A DNA stretch of 64,000 nt from Monocercomonoides exilis PA203 (lineage: Eukaryota > Protista > Preaxostyla), in assembly GCA_001643675.2 (NCBI GenBank), contig LSRY02000001.1:2046001-2110000 (forward strand), written 5' to 3'. The notes below the pieces were generated by a model. The model made no database searches. It was not told the DNA's origin and worked only from the letters and a program-made list of their open reading frames with translations. Every line of letters begins with the position of its first letter. Within the stretch, counting starts at the first letter, position 1. This document shows, piece by piece, positions 48,941 through 60,010 of the stretch. The translations under genes were made by a program, and so were the position numbers.

Positions 48941-51900
48941 ATGGAAAGAGTCAAGCCAAAAAATCATAGCGAACTTATACGATGGAAACGAATGTCAAAA
49001 GAAGAAAAGGAAGCACAAGAGCTTTATTTTAAGGAAAGAGAAGAAAATTGGGTTAACATTGTGCCATCACCTTTTGAGATCGAGGAACAAAGTTTATCTC
49101 AAATTGCTGCCACCAAGAAGAAAAAAAAGAAATATAATACAAAAGCAAATTGTCGAACGAGATATAATCAACATAATAAAGTTCAGGAAAAACCGCACTC
49201 GCACGAAAAAGAAAGTTCCGCATTTAGAAAACATCTTGATGATAAGCCTTCAACAACAAAATTATTGAAAAATAACATAGAGAAAAATGAAGAGGAGGAA
49301 AGAAAAGCTCATATACTAATAGTGAAAAAAGAAAAATCCAGAAAAGCAACAAAAACATTGCATGTTCCTTACAGAAATGGAAAAGATTTCTCTGAACTCC
49401 TTGTTTCAATGGACGAATCGATTGAAGTTCCTCCTTCTTTTATTCCGCTTCTTTCTCAAGTGAGAGTTGTGCAGCCTGCTTCAATTTCGTATCCTCAGCC
49501 AGACCTTGAGCCAGAAAAGCCATCAACAGATGTGACACAGCCAGAATCTTCTCCTTTTGTGACTGAGAGGCTGCCTCCCACCGCAAGATCTTCAATCTCT
49601 GTGCCGATTGACTCGCAAAGAAGACATGTGCAAACAGTCGAGCTTCCATTTAGCTCAGTGTCGGTTGTTTATCCAGCAGATCCTCCGCCAAGCGGTTTGC
49701 TTCATTCACACTCTCCTTTGGGGGAGATGTCATATCAATCATACAATCGCATTTCATTGAATCCTCCCGCACACACTTCATTGGCAACTCACCATCCATT
49801 TTCTTCCATTTCACAGCCTGCTGCTTATCATCCGTTCTCGCCGTTTCCTCCTCCTTCTCTTCGCCCAGATCCATGTCCTCATTTTTATCCTCTTCCACCT
49901 CCGCCACACACACAAACTGCTTCTCTTGCCCCATCGCTGCCAATTTCAATACACCCCACTTCATCCCATCAACCTCTCACCTCATCTTTTCTTCCTTCAG
50001 AACCGAAGAACTTTCCCCAGCCAGACGCTGCCAGGCTCACTGAATGCCGCACAGACAGCGGAGCAACAAGGTCCGATAGCCGAATACATTCTCAGCAGGT
50101 GGCAGGACTGGCACAGAGCAAAACGATGCCACTCAGCCACAGCAGCAGCAGCAGCAGCAGTTGTAGTAATTGCAGTAGAAGTTGTGGAAGTAGAACAAGA
50201 AGCAGCTCAGATGGAGGCAATGAAGGCAGTATTGAAAGCAGCAATAGAATGAGCAATAGAAGTGATAGAGGAAACAGAAGCTGTCACCACAGTCAAAGCA
50301 AAGGATATGCTCAAAACCAAGACCAAAACCAAAGTCAAGTTCAAAGCCACAACTCGTCAGGCGAAACTTCTTTGTCGTCTTCGCCTCTGCTATCCATTTC
50401 GTTTTCTCCTCCGATGCTTTCTTCTTCTTCTTATTTTTCTTCTTCTTCTTCTTCTTCTTCTTTTACTTCCTCCTCCTCTTCCTTCTCCTGTTCTTCTTCT
50501 TCTACTTCTTCTTCACCGCCACTTCCACCACCGCCACCGCCTCCTCTTTCTCTTCCTTCGTCTTCCTCGCACTTTCCTTCTTCTTCTTTGCAGGCTCTGG
50601 CTAAGCAAAGCGAGAACATTTCACAAAAGAAGAACGAGCAGGAGTCAAAGTCATCTTCCTCAACGAATTCATTGTCTTCATCACATTCATTTCAAACATT
50701 GCCGTTATCTCCCTCTCAATTTGCGGTTCCTTCTCTTCCTTCTCTTCCTTCTCTTCCTTCGCCTCTTTCTCCTCTTCCTCTTCCTCTTCCTGAGCTGGAA
50801 AATACAGCGCCATTGACACCGAAAATGGCTGAGAAGCAGCAGAAGGCGATTGAGGCAGCGAGAGAGCTGGTGAGAATGAGTCTTTTGGAGGAAGAGGTGA
50901 AGAAGATGAAGATTAAGAAGAAGAAGAAAAAGAAAAAGAAGAAAAACATGAAGAATGTGATGGAGAATGAAAAAGAAACGAAAGAAGAAGAAGAAGAAAA
51001 TGATAATGAGAAGATTAATTCACAAAAAAAGGAAGAAGAAAAAGAAGAAAAAGAAGATATCAAAGAAATTAAACCAACTGAAAAGCAAAGCTCAAATGAA
51101 ACATTATCATTATCATCATCATCATCATCATCATCTTCTTCTTCTTCTTCTTCTTCTTCTTCTTCTTCTTCTTCTTCTTCTTCTTCTTCTTTTTCTTCTT
51201 CTTCTTCTTCTTCACAAATATCTCAAAATTCCCCCCAAACAGACCAAATTCACACAGAAGCAACAGCACTGAGTGTGGCAATGAGGATTTCAGAGCGAAA
51301 TATGAAGCAGAAAATGAATTCTTATCAATCTTTCAATGGAGTTGTGCCGAAGCCTCCGCTTTCTCCGTCGCATTTCACGCCGCATAGACAGAGGCATTGG
51401 AAGATGGAGAAGGAGAAGGAAGAGGAAGAAGATAATGAAAGTGATGAAAAAGAAGAAGATAAATCAAAAGAAGAAGAAGAAGATAAAGATAAAATTGAAG
51501 ATGCTGATAAAGGAAAAGCAAAAGAAAATGAAAAAATAAAAAAATCCGAAAAAGAAGAAAAGAATGACGATGATAAACATACAGACAAAAATCAGAATGT
51601 GCAATCAAAAGCTAATGAAACAAAGAAAAATGAAAAGTCTAATAAAAATGAAGCAAAAATGACTGAAAATGGAAAAACCGTAAAGAAAACACATCATCCG
51701 CCTTCTTCAACAACTTCTGCTTTTTGCAATGAAGATGAAAAAGAAGAAAAAGATTCATTTGAGAAACGAATAAAAGCATCTTCATTGAATTCAGCAAAAA
51801 CAATGGAAAAACCAGAAAAAGACAAAAATACCTCAACAAAAGCAGTTAAAAATGCAACAAAATCAACAAAAATAAAACCAAAATCCTCAAAACAAGCAAA

Positions 51901-54900
51901 TGAAATGGATCAATCTTCTCATAATGAACCTGCTGATAAAGATGATTCAAAACTTTCTGCTTCTTCTTCAACTTCTTCAACTTCTGCTCCTCCTCCTCCT
52001 CTTTCAATTGATAAACTGCCTGAAAAAGTTCAGTCTCCAGTAATCACTACGCCAAAGTCAAAAGTAATTTCTTCTTCTTCCTCATCCTCTTCTTCTTCTT
52101 CTTCTACATCTGCATCCGCTTCATCAACATCTTCTTCTTCCTCTTCTTCCTCTTCCTCTTCTTCTTCTTCTTCTTCTTCTTCTTCTTCTTCTTCTTCTTC
52201 TTCCTCCTCCTCTCTTCTCCTCTCCCCATCCCTCTCCCCAGCCTCCAGCTACGGCATGGAGTTCCACCCTCTTCTGTGGAAAGAAAAACAGCAGCATGTT
52301 CTTGACAGCCCTTCAGCCAATCATTCTTCATCAAACTTCCTTTTCAAATCAGACCCTTCTCTTTCTCCTTCTTTTTCTCCCTCTTTTTCGTCTTCTCTTT
52401 CTCCTTCTCTTCCGCTTGGATTTACCTCTGCAGCAGTTGCTTCGTCGTCAATCGTCTCTTCTCCTTCTTTCTTCCTTCCCTCACTTACGTCGCCGCTGTT
52501 GACGGAGCGCTCGTTTGAGGAGTTTTTTGGAGGAAGTGAATCAGATGTGGAAGAAGAAGAGGAAGGAGAAAGAGAAAGAGAAAGAGAAAGAGGGAAAGGA
52601 AAAGGAAAAAGAGAAGGAGAGGGGAAAGAAAGAGAAGGAGAAAGCGAAAATCCAATCACTCCATCTTCTTTTGACTCATTTTATGGCCTCACGCGACGTC
52701 ACTCTTCTGCAAACTCGCTTTTGTGCTCAAATTCAGCAAGCAAATCTCCTACTGCTTCGCGACTCAAGCTGAAATCAGTTGCGTCTTTGCCTTTGTTGGA
52801 CTTGAATGTAGCTGCAACAACAACATCATCATCATCAGTATCATCGTCATCAACAACAACAGCATCATCAATGGGAAAAGAAGAGGCAACTGGAGAAGAG
52901 CTGCCGCCAGCAGCGGAGGGGACAGGGGCAGTTGCAGGGGCTGAGTTTAACTTGTTTTCGCGTGTTCCATTGAGGAAGCACGTGTCAATGATGGACATAT
53001 TTTCTCCTGTTTCTTCCCCGTCAGATGTGAATGGGGTTGGAAAAACGTTCGCTTCCTTCAAGAAATTCGAAGGAAAGCTGTTGAATTCTGAAGGGAGCGG
53101 GTCTTTGAGCGAGCGAGAAATGAAAATGGATGAAGGAAGCGAGGCAATCAGCGATTCTTTGCTGTCTCCGAAGCACGTGATGAATGCATTTGGCTCAAAA
53201 TCTGTTCCTTCTTCGCCACAAAGCATTAAAAACATGAAGATGGAGCCAACTTCTGCTCGGGAGGGCAAAAAAGGCATGGGAAGCAAGAAGGAGTGGAGAA
53301 ATAAAGACGATTTTTTGAAAGTTCTGATGGAAGAAGAGAAGAAAAAGAGGCAGGAGCAGCTGTTTGAGCTGTATACGAAGTGGCAGCAGCTAAAGAACGA
53401 GGCGTCAAGCGAACTGAGTTCAATCAGAAAGATTTACTCGAAACAGAAGCAGATTTGCTCAAAGTATCAGTCTTCTTTATCTGCTTCGTCTGCTTCATTA
53501 ACTTCTTCTGAAAAAGGAAATAAAGAAGAAAAGGAAGACAAAAAGAAAGATGAAGTAAAAGAAAGAGAAGAAATAGAAAAAGCGCAACATCAGATGGCTC
53601 AGCTGAAAGAGCAAGCGAATGCGCTGAAGCTGGCATTGAACGAGCAGCTGCTGTGTGTCGAGACAGAAGTGAAGAAAGTGCTCAAAAATTCTGCGTCGCG
53701 TATGCAGATCATCAAGCAGCAGCAGCACTTCATGGCGGCTCTTTCGCACTGGCAGGCACAGCAACATCAGAAAGAGCGTTATTACCATCATCATAAGCAG
53801 CATCAGCAGCATCGTCAACAGATGCTGAAGGAGAATAAGGAGAAGAAGGAGAAGAAGGAGAATGGGAAACAACTTCATTCGCTGCCTCAGCGGAGGTCAG
53901 CTGCGAAGGAGCAGTTTGTGGCGTTCAGCAAGATGATGGATAGATTGAGGATAGGGAGCAGAAGTGGGAATAATAATAATAATAATAGCAATAACAATAT
54001 TAACAGAAGCAGCAATAACAATAGCAGAATAACTGGAAGCGGAAGCGGAAGCGGAAATGTGAAGGAGGAAAAGAAGATGGCAAATGCAGCAGAAACAGCA
54101 GCGGGAAGCAAACGACAGCGTTCTGAAACGCTTTTCACCGCAACTACTTCTTCTTCCTTTTCGCCTCTTGTGCCTTCGCCTTCTCCTTCTCCTTCGCTTT
54201 CTTCGTTGACTTCTTTTTCTTCATTTTCTTCTTTCTCTTCTTTCTCTTCTCCCGCTTCTTCACCTGCGGTTGGAGCACAGACACCTCAGGCATCGCAGCC
54301 AATTACGCCGAGAAAGCATTCGCCGCTGGTGTTTAATCAGCTTCCCTTTGATACGATTGAAAGCGAAAGCGATTTTGAGCAGGAGACGGAAAAGAAGGGA
54401 AAAGAGGGAAAGAAGAAGGAATGCGAAGGAGAAGGAGGAGAAGGAGGAGAAGAAGAAGGAGTTGGCTGGAATGGAGAGGTGAATGAAAGTCAAAAGAAGA
54501 AGAAAAAGATGAAGAAGGAAAAAGACATATTGAATGAGCAAAATGAAGAAGGTGATATTGTTATCAGTATTGGAAATGCAGAAGAAGTAGATGAGGAAGA
54601 AGATAGAAAAGCCGATGAAGAAAAAGGAAAAGGAAAAGAAATAAAAGGAAATGACAGATACAATGATAACGGTAACAAAGAAGAAGAAGAGAAAGAAGGA
54701 AGAGGAAGAGAAGAAGAAGAAGAGGAAGAAGAAGAAGATTACAATCATCGAATAACACCGACATTTGTGGAGCGTACGATTGACAGTGCGTTTGACGGGA
54801 ACGACATTTCGACGACGGCCATTCACAGCACTTTTATGAAGTTCGACGAAGAGATCTTGCAGCTTGATGCAGATAGCATTACTGGAGAGAACGAGAACGA

Positions 54901-57451
54901 GAACGAGAATGAGAATGTTAACGGAGCCAGTGTTGGCGAGAATTTGATTGATGGGAAAGGCAAAGTTAAGTCAGGTCTGTTTGATGAGGCGGATGGTAAT
55001 AAAAATTTAAATGTGAATGAAAATGCGAATGTGAAAGAGAGTGGAAGGAAAGAAGGGAAAGAGGCACAGGAAGTATTCAATGGGGAGGATTACGATGATG
55101 GAGAAAGAGAAGAGAGAGAAGAGAAGGAAGAAGGGGAAGAGGAGGAAGAGGAGGAGGAAGGATATTACGATGAATATAGAAATAGAAACCACAACAAGAA
55201 GCAAAAGCAAGAGGAAAATGAAAATGAAAAGAATAATTTTGCAAATGATCTGTTTCCCAGCACTTCCAATGCAGATTATGATGCAGATGCCAATGAAACT
55301 GAGTTTTGCGCTGTTCAAAGGCATTCTTCTCTGAGTGAATGCGGAAATGATGATGATGCTAATGATGTGCCTTTGCTTGGAGAAAGCACGTCTCCGCGGC
55401 AGATGGAGCACAACACGTATTCTGTGGTCAAAAAGAAGAAAAACAAGCAGAAAGTCGAAGAATACATTCAGCGCTATGCGAAGCCGCAGACTTCTCCGCT
55501 GTTGCAGTCGGCGGATTCTCCGCCTCTGTCTGCTGAGAAGAGCGATTCAACGGATGAATTTGATGAAGAGAACGAGCATTACATTGGGAGAGAGAAGAAA
55601 GATGATAAATTGCACATTGATGGAGAAAATGATGTTATGAAGCCAAGTTTGCATTTTCAAGCAGATAAACAGGAAGCAGGTTCTGAAATGTCAGTTGAGG
55701 CAACCCCTCCTCGGTCACCGTCGCTTGCTTCTTCTGAATCTTCTCCATCTTCGTCGTCTTCATCATCTTCTTCTTCTTCGACTTCTTTTCCCCTTTCAAA
55801 GCGTGCAATTGAGATGCAACTGGCAGGAGAGGCAAAAGCTCTGAAGCATTCGCCTCCACATTCTTCTCGCTTCAGCAAGCTTCCTGCAAAAGTGGAAGAG
55901 ACGCCGAATTTCCTGGCCATTTTCTCGCTTTTCCTGCGGAGCGACACGTACGTGGACATTGTGCTTAATGCGATTTGGCTGGTGCACTCGCTGTATGCTG
56001 AGCAGTTCCCAGCATCGATTGACGAGGATTGCTTTGACGACGACGACTGCCCTGAGGACTTCCTGATGCGAGAAGAAGTTGTGCAGTTTGTGGAAGCAAA
56101 GCACAGCGAGCAGAGGAAAGGAAACGAAAAGAATGAGAATGAAAGGGGGAACGAGAAGTTGAACAATGAGTTGAATGCCAAGAAGGCAGGAGCTGCGAAT
56201 AGCAGTAATGATTGTGATCCTAATTGCGATGGCGATGATCGTGAAAAGAATGCACTTCCGTTTGTTGTTCGCAAGGGCAGGTTTTATCTTCCCGTGCCAT
56301 CGCAGTTCTCTGACAATCTCCTCCAATTCATCCACATCACTGTCCAAACTCAGCTGAATATGATGTTTGCTGCTGCGTCGAAGTGTGTTTCTGAGTCATT
56401 GCCTTCTTTTCCTGCGGGCAATTCTCAGCTTTCCTCAGAAAACACTTCCTTCGCAGCCACAAATTCTGAAGCCGATAAGCTCAAGTCACAGTTCCCTTCT
56501 TTGTCTGTCTTTCTGTCGAGCCTGTCGAATCCGTATGTGCAGAAGATGACGCAGCAGCAGATGCTGCTGATCTTCCACACTGTCAACCATCTTCTGGATG
56601 TGCAGCGGCTGTATTTGCTGTCAGTCAACCGCCATTCCGAAGCAGCTGCCCTCTCAAATGGCAGTTCACTCACGTTCAACAAAGCTTTTTCTTCTCTTTC
56701 GTTGATGGCAGAACTGCCTCTGCATGTGCCGACAGCCGACAAGCAGATAATGTCACCAAGCCTCTTTGTGGAACTGCGCCGAGTCATCATCCAATACGCC
56801 TCAGCATCCTTTGGCCTTCCATACGACCACAGCCGGCTGCGGGCAAAGCTGTGCGAAGAGTCGCCTGATGGCTTGACGCTTTCAGAATGGCAAGAATCCG
56901 AAAAGCATCAGCACCTACTTCGTGCATCGCTCCCTCCGCCTTCTTCTTTGCAGCTGCTGCGCTTCTTTTCGTTTCCGCTTGTTGCTTACTCCCCTTTCAC
57001 TTCTGCTTCGCAAGTTGTGCTGTCATTTCAGAATATGTTGTCTGTTTCTTCTGTTATTGATGCTTTTCATTCTTCTTCTCCTCCTCTTTCTCCTTGTTTG
57101 GAAATTCAGTCTTCACTTTCACCATCATCTTCACGTATTTCATCTGCTTCTCCTTCGTCCTCTCTTGAATCTGTTATAAACACTTCAATTATTCCATCTT
57201 CTTCTTCTTCATTATCATTTGCGAATACTCCAATAACACTATCATCAGCTTCTCCCCTTGATGCACTTAATTTGTTCCACTCTTCAGCCAGCATGGCTGT
57301 TGAAGGGAATATGGAGCTAATCATTTTGGAGGAAGTTCTCGAGGCTGAGGAAGAGATGAGAGAAAGAACAGATGGTCTTGATCTGGTGGAAGAGTTTGTT
57401 GATAGCTTGTTTATAAAGATTGTTCAGGAAGCGTTAGATATAAAAGAATGA
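48941..57451 (+). CDS. Very large low-complexity (Ser/Glu/Lys/Pro-rich) hypothetical protein with a central coiled coil
   Basis: 8.5-kb stop-free ORF (first ATG 48941) across many triplet repeats. Heptad-like segment ~53320-53860; more ordered C-terminal ~500 aa. No domain recognised. Confidence 0.8.
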   Translation: MERVKPKNHSELIRWKRMSKEEKEAQELYFKEREENWVNIVPSPFEIEEQSLSQIAATKKKKKKYNTKANCRTRYNQHNKVQEKPHSHEKESSAFRKHLDDKPSTTKLLKNNIEKNEEEERKAHILIVKKEKSRKATKTLHVPYRNGKDFSELLVSMDESIEVPPSFIPLLSQVRVVQPASISYPQPDLEPEKPSTDVTQPESSPFVTERLPPTARSSISVPIDSQRRHVQTVELPFSSVSVVYPADPPPSGLLHSHSPLGEMSYQSYNRISLNPPAHTSLATHHPFSSISQPAAYHPFSPFPPPSLRPDPCPHFYPLPPPPHTQTASLAPSLPISIHPTSSHQPLTSSFLPSEPKNFPQPDAARLTECRTDSGATRSDSRIHSQQVAGLAQSKTMPLSHSSSSSSSCSNCSRSCGSRTRSSSDGGNEGSIESSNRMSNRSDRGNRSCHHSQSKGYAQNQDQNQSQVQSHNSSGETSLSSSPLLSISFSPPMLSSSSYFSSSSSSSSFTSSSSSFSCSSSSTSSSPPLPPPPPPPLSLPSSSSHFPSSSLQALAKQSENISQKKNEQESKSSSSTNSLSSSHSFQTLPLSPSQFAVPSLPSLPSLPSPLSPLPLPLPELENTAPLTPKMAEKQQKAIEAARELVRMSLLEEEVKKMKIKKKKKKKKKKNMKNVMENEKETKEEEEENDNEKINSQKKEEEKEEKEDIKEIKPTEKQSSNETLSLSSSSSSSSSSSSSSSSSSSSSSSSSSFSSSSSSSQISQNSPQTDQIHTEATALSVAMRISERNMKQKMNSYQSFNGVVPKPPLSPSHFTPHRQRHWKMEKEKEEEEDNESDEKEEDKSKEEEEDKDKIEDADKGKAKENEKIKKSEKEEKNDDDKHTDKNQNVQSKANETKKNEKSNKNEAKMTENGKTVKKTHHPPSSTTSAFCNEDEKEEKDSFEKRIKASSLNSAKTMEKPEKDKNTSTKAVKNATKSTKIKPKSSKQANEMDQSSHNEPADKDDSKLSASSSTSSTSAPPPPLSIDKLPEKVQSPVITTPKSKVISSSSSSSSSSSSTSASASSTSSSSSSSSSSSSSSSSSSSSSSSSSSSSLLLSPSLSPASSYGMEFHPLLWKEKQQHVLDSPSANHSSSNFLFKSDPSLSPSFSPSFSSSLSPSLPLGFTSAAVASSSIVSSPSFFLPSLTSPLLTERSFEEFFGGSESDVEEEEEGERERERERGKGKGKREGEGKEREGESENPITPSSFDSFYGLTRRHSSANSLLCSNSASKSPTASRLKLKSVASLPLLDLNVAATTTSSSSVSSSSTTTASSMGKEEATGEELPPAAEGTGAVAGAEFNLFSRVPLRKHVSMMDIFSPVSSPSDVNGVGKTFASFKKFEGKLLNSEGSGSLSEREMKMDEGSEAISDSLLSPKHVMNAFGSKSVPSSPQSIKNMKMEPTSAREGKKGMGSKKEWRNKDDFLKVLMEEEKKKRQEQLFELYTKWQQLKNEASSELSSIRKIYSKQKQICSKYQSSLSASSASLTSSEKGNKEEKEDKKKDEVKEREEIEKAQHQMAQLKEQANALKLALNEQLLCVETEVKKVLKNSASRMQIIKQQQHFMAALSHWQAQQHQKERYYHHHKQHQQHRQQMLKENKEKKEKKENGKQLHSLPQRRSAAKEQFVAFSKMMDRLRIGSRSGNNNNNNSNNNINRSSNNNSRITGSGSGSGNVKEEKKMANAAETAAGSKRQRSETLFTATTSSSFSPLVPSPSPSPSLSSLTSFSSFSSFSSFSSPASSPAVGAQTPQASQPITPRKHSPLVFNQLPFDTIESESDFEQETEKKGKEGKKKECEGEGGEGGEEEGVGWNGEVNESQKKKKKMKKEKDILNEQNEEGDIVISIGNAEEVDEEEDRKADEEKGKGKEIKGNDRYNDNGNKEEEEKEGRGREEEEEEEEEDYNHRITPTFVERTIDSAFDGNDISTTAIHSTFMKFDEEILQLDADSITGENENENENENVNGASVGENLIDGKGKVKSGLFDEADGNKNLNVNENANVKESGRKEGKEAQEVFNGEDYDDGEREEREEKEEGEEEEEEEEGYYDEYRNRNHNKKQKQEENENEKNNFANDLFPSTSNADYDADANETEFCAVQRHSSLSECGNDDDANDVPLLGESTSPRQMEHNTYSVVKKKKNKQKVEEYIQRYAKPQTSPLLQSADSPPLSAEKSDSTDEFDEENEHYIGREKKDDKLHIDGENDVMKPSLHFQADKQEAGSEMSVEATPPRSPSLASSESSPSSSSSSSSSSSTSFPLSKRAIEMQLAGEAKALKHSPPHSSRFSKLPAKVEETPNFLAIFSLFLRSDTYVDIVLNAIWLVHSLYAEQFPASIDEDCFDDDDCPEDFLMREEVVQFVEAKHSEQRKGNEKNENERGNEKLNNELNAKKAGAANSSNDCDPNCDGDDREKNALPFVVRKGRFYLPVPSQFSDNLLQFIHITVQTQLNMMFAAASKCVSESLPSFPAGNSQLSSENTSFAATNSEADKLKSQFPSLSVFLSSLSNPYVQKMTQQQMLLIFHTVNHLLDVQRLYLLSVNRHSEAAALSNGSSLTFNKAFSSLSLMAELPLHVPTADKQIMSPSLFVELRRVIIQYASASFGLPYDHSRLRAKLCEESPDGLTLSEWQESEKHQHLLRASLPPPSSLQLLRFFSFPLVAYSPFTSASQVVLSFQNMLSVSSVIDAFHSSSPPLSPCLEIQSSLSPSSSRISSASPSSSLESVINTSIIPSSSSSLSFANTPITLSSASPLDALNLFHSSASMAVEGNMELIILEEVLEAEEEMRERTDGLDLVEEFVDSLFIKIVQEALDIKE

Positions 57452-57905
57452 ATAACGATAAATAACGCTCTTTTCTCATTGAGTTATAAAAAACAATTAT
57501 TATAGAAACAAATTGCGAAGAGAGAACTACAAACAATATTTTTTTTCCTTAGTATATTGAGTTAAAGTTTCAAAATTTTTGAAATTTTCAACAAAAAAGT
57601 TTATTGTTTCCTTTGTTGAAAAGAACAGAGAAAACCGGTTTTTTCCGCATGGAGTGTTATCAACATTTACAATTGATACAAGTTTCTTTGCTAAAATTTT
57701 ACCAAAACATTTTTTCTTTATCTCAAAAATTCACTTTGTTAAAAAAATGAAAAAAAGAATGAAAACTTAATCCCGAATGCAAACAATAAGAATATGTGAA
57801 TATTTTTTAATGATTGTTTTTGTTTTTAACATAATTGTTTTGAATGAAAAAGCTTTAAAGATATTTCATAATTTTGGAAGTTTTTTGAAATATATTGATA
57901 ATTGT

Positions 57906-57948
<43 letters not shown>

Positions 57949-58056
57949 TTCTCTTTCTCTTTCTCTTTCTCTTTCTCTTTCTCTTTCTCTTTCTCTTTCT
58001 CTTTCTCTTTCTCTCTCTTCTTCTTCTTCTTCTTTCTTTTTTTTTTTTTTTTTTTT
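57906..58056. repeat. (CT)n/(CTTTCT)n/poly-T pyrimidine tract
   Basis: Directly visible. Confidence 0.95.
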
Positions 58057-58074
58057 GAAAATTTGTTTTCAGTT

Positions 58075-58800
58075 TTATTGAAAGAATATATATTTTATTC
58101 TTCCTCCTTTTCCGAAAAATGTGTTTTCTTCAATTTCAGCATCATGCAGCTCATGCATAATGTCATCCGGATCATGTAATTTATCATATTCTGTTTGATC
58201 CAATTCATCGTCTGCAACGATAGGTTTTTCTTTCGGAACAAAATGTATTATTTTTTGCAAACTATCAGTTAAGCTTGGATATGGATTCCAATCAACAAGC
58301 AACATGGATAAGCAGTTTATAATAAATGGTTTTCAAATGCCGTGCTTTGGATAAAACCCTCAAAATGACCCCACAACCCTTCAACAGCAAGGTGCAAGCA
58401 CCCGTTTCAGTGTCTTTGTTGTTTATTTTTTGACAAACTGCAATTTGATTATGTCCGAAATATGTCAAACAATTGGATCTTTTCCATTCATCACCAATTA
58501 TTGTTGTCCCTGCTCACATTCTTTCTTGAATGATTGGGATCATTGTTTCTTTTTTCCTATTTGGCATGATGATAACACAATATGTTCCAGCTTCTACTCA
58601 TTTTTTCCTCTCAATTCCTCAAAAAATCCACAGTTTGAACTTTTTTCTTCCTCTTCCATATTTCCTTCCCCTCAAACAGCCTCATCAATTTCGACCCATT
58701 TTAACAGTCCTCCTAATTTTGGTATCATTTCATTCCAAATTTGAGCACAAACAACTCGAACAACGCTTGTCCGAATATCTTTTATTGGATAAGAAACACC
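58075..58800 (-). pseudogene. Merlin (IS1595/ISXO2-like DDE) transposase remnant
   Basis: Minus strand, across stops and frameshifts: KLGGLLKWVEIDEAV..RKYGRGR..LWIF*GIER...MPNRKKETMIPIIQERM*AGTTIIGDEWK...DTETGACT..AVEGLWGHF, the DDE_Tnp_IS1595 motif series. Confidence 0.85.
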
Positions 58801-59067
58801 TGTCAGCAAATAAGTTTATTTCAAAACAATTCCAATCCTTTTATATTATTCAAATTGCAAAAAAATATCAATAGGAAGTTTCATTTTGGAAATAATGTAT
58901 TTCTTGAATAAAAAAAATTTTCTTTTGATATTGTAGTCAGAGTTTTTTTAAAATTGCAAACCATTAATTTTATGTATTTTTTTTTTTTTTTTGATTTTTT
59001 TTTTTGCATTTTCAAATATGAATTTCTAATTGCTTGAATAATTTAACTTATTTTCATAATAAAACAC

Positions 59068-59725
59068 GGTATAAACCGATTTGATCGACACCCAAAAATA
59101 TTCAAAATTTTGGATTTCTTTTTGATAGGAATAACAAACTTAGAATAATAAATGTGTTTTGTAGCATTTGAGTTTTGAAATTAGGGTTTGAAGTAGGAAA
59201 AGGAGCAATTATTAAAAAACACTTAGGGTTTGGCTTCGTTATCTTATTCGTCAAATTTTCTTTTTTAACAGTATTAGTAAACGATATTTCTTCTGTTAAA
59301 TTAAAGAATCGATCAACACAGTCTTCGGATTCTTTTAATTTTTGATTTCTTTATTCGATAAGCTCTCCCCTTATAATATTTTCTCAATTAATGAAATCAG
59401 CCAATTCTCTTCCCTTCTCTCATTGTCATTTCTATAAGGAAATTTCTGTAACAATAATCATATTCATCATGTTTCTTCAATGTGAAAACTGCAAAAAAGA
59501 TTGTGAATTCCTTTTTTTTCACAAACCGTATTTTTTTTAACGCAATATTAATGATCATAATTCCCTTTTTTATATGTCATTCCTCGTTTTTAGGTTAAAA
59601 AAACTTGAATATTAAACTTTGTTGAAAGTTTGTCAATAAACTTCTATTAGAAAAACAAGTTATTTTATTCAAATATTAAGTTGACTTTACGATTTTTTAG
59701 GGTGTCGATCAAATCGACTATTACC
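59068..59725. mobile_element. Non-autonomous Merlin-type element, 658 bp, 8-bp TSD TAAAACAC
   Basis: TIRs GGTATAAACCGATTTGATCGACACCC and (reverse complement) GGTAATAGTCGATTTGATCGACACCC. TAAAACAC at 59060-59067 and 59726-59733. Confidence 0.9.
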
Positions 59726-60010
59726 TAAAACACTTTTTTTTGCATCAGAATAAACAATACATATCATTCCCATTTGAGTATTTTTCATGTGAAATTATCA
59801 TAAAATTCCCATTATAAAATACTCATTGAAGTAAGTTTTTTTTTTTTTGAACTGGAAATGGAAGGACTTATGCAAACCAAAAAGATGATTGTTTGCTCAA
59901 TATATTAAAATAAGATAATTCTTCTGCTTCAACGGTTATTTGTTAATTCATTGCTAAATGATTTCTGGAAATCTGGTTGCTTGTTTCCTTCGATTCTCTT
60001 TTTGGTTCAC

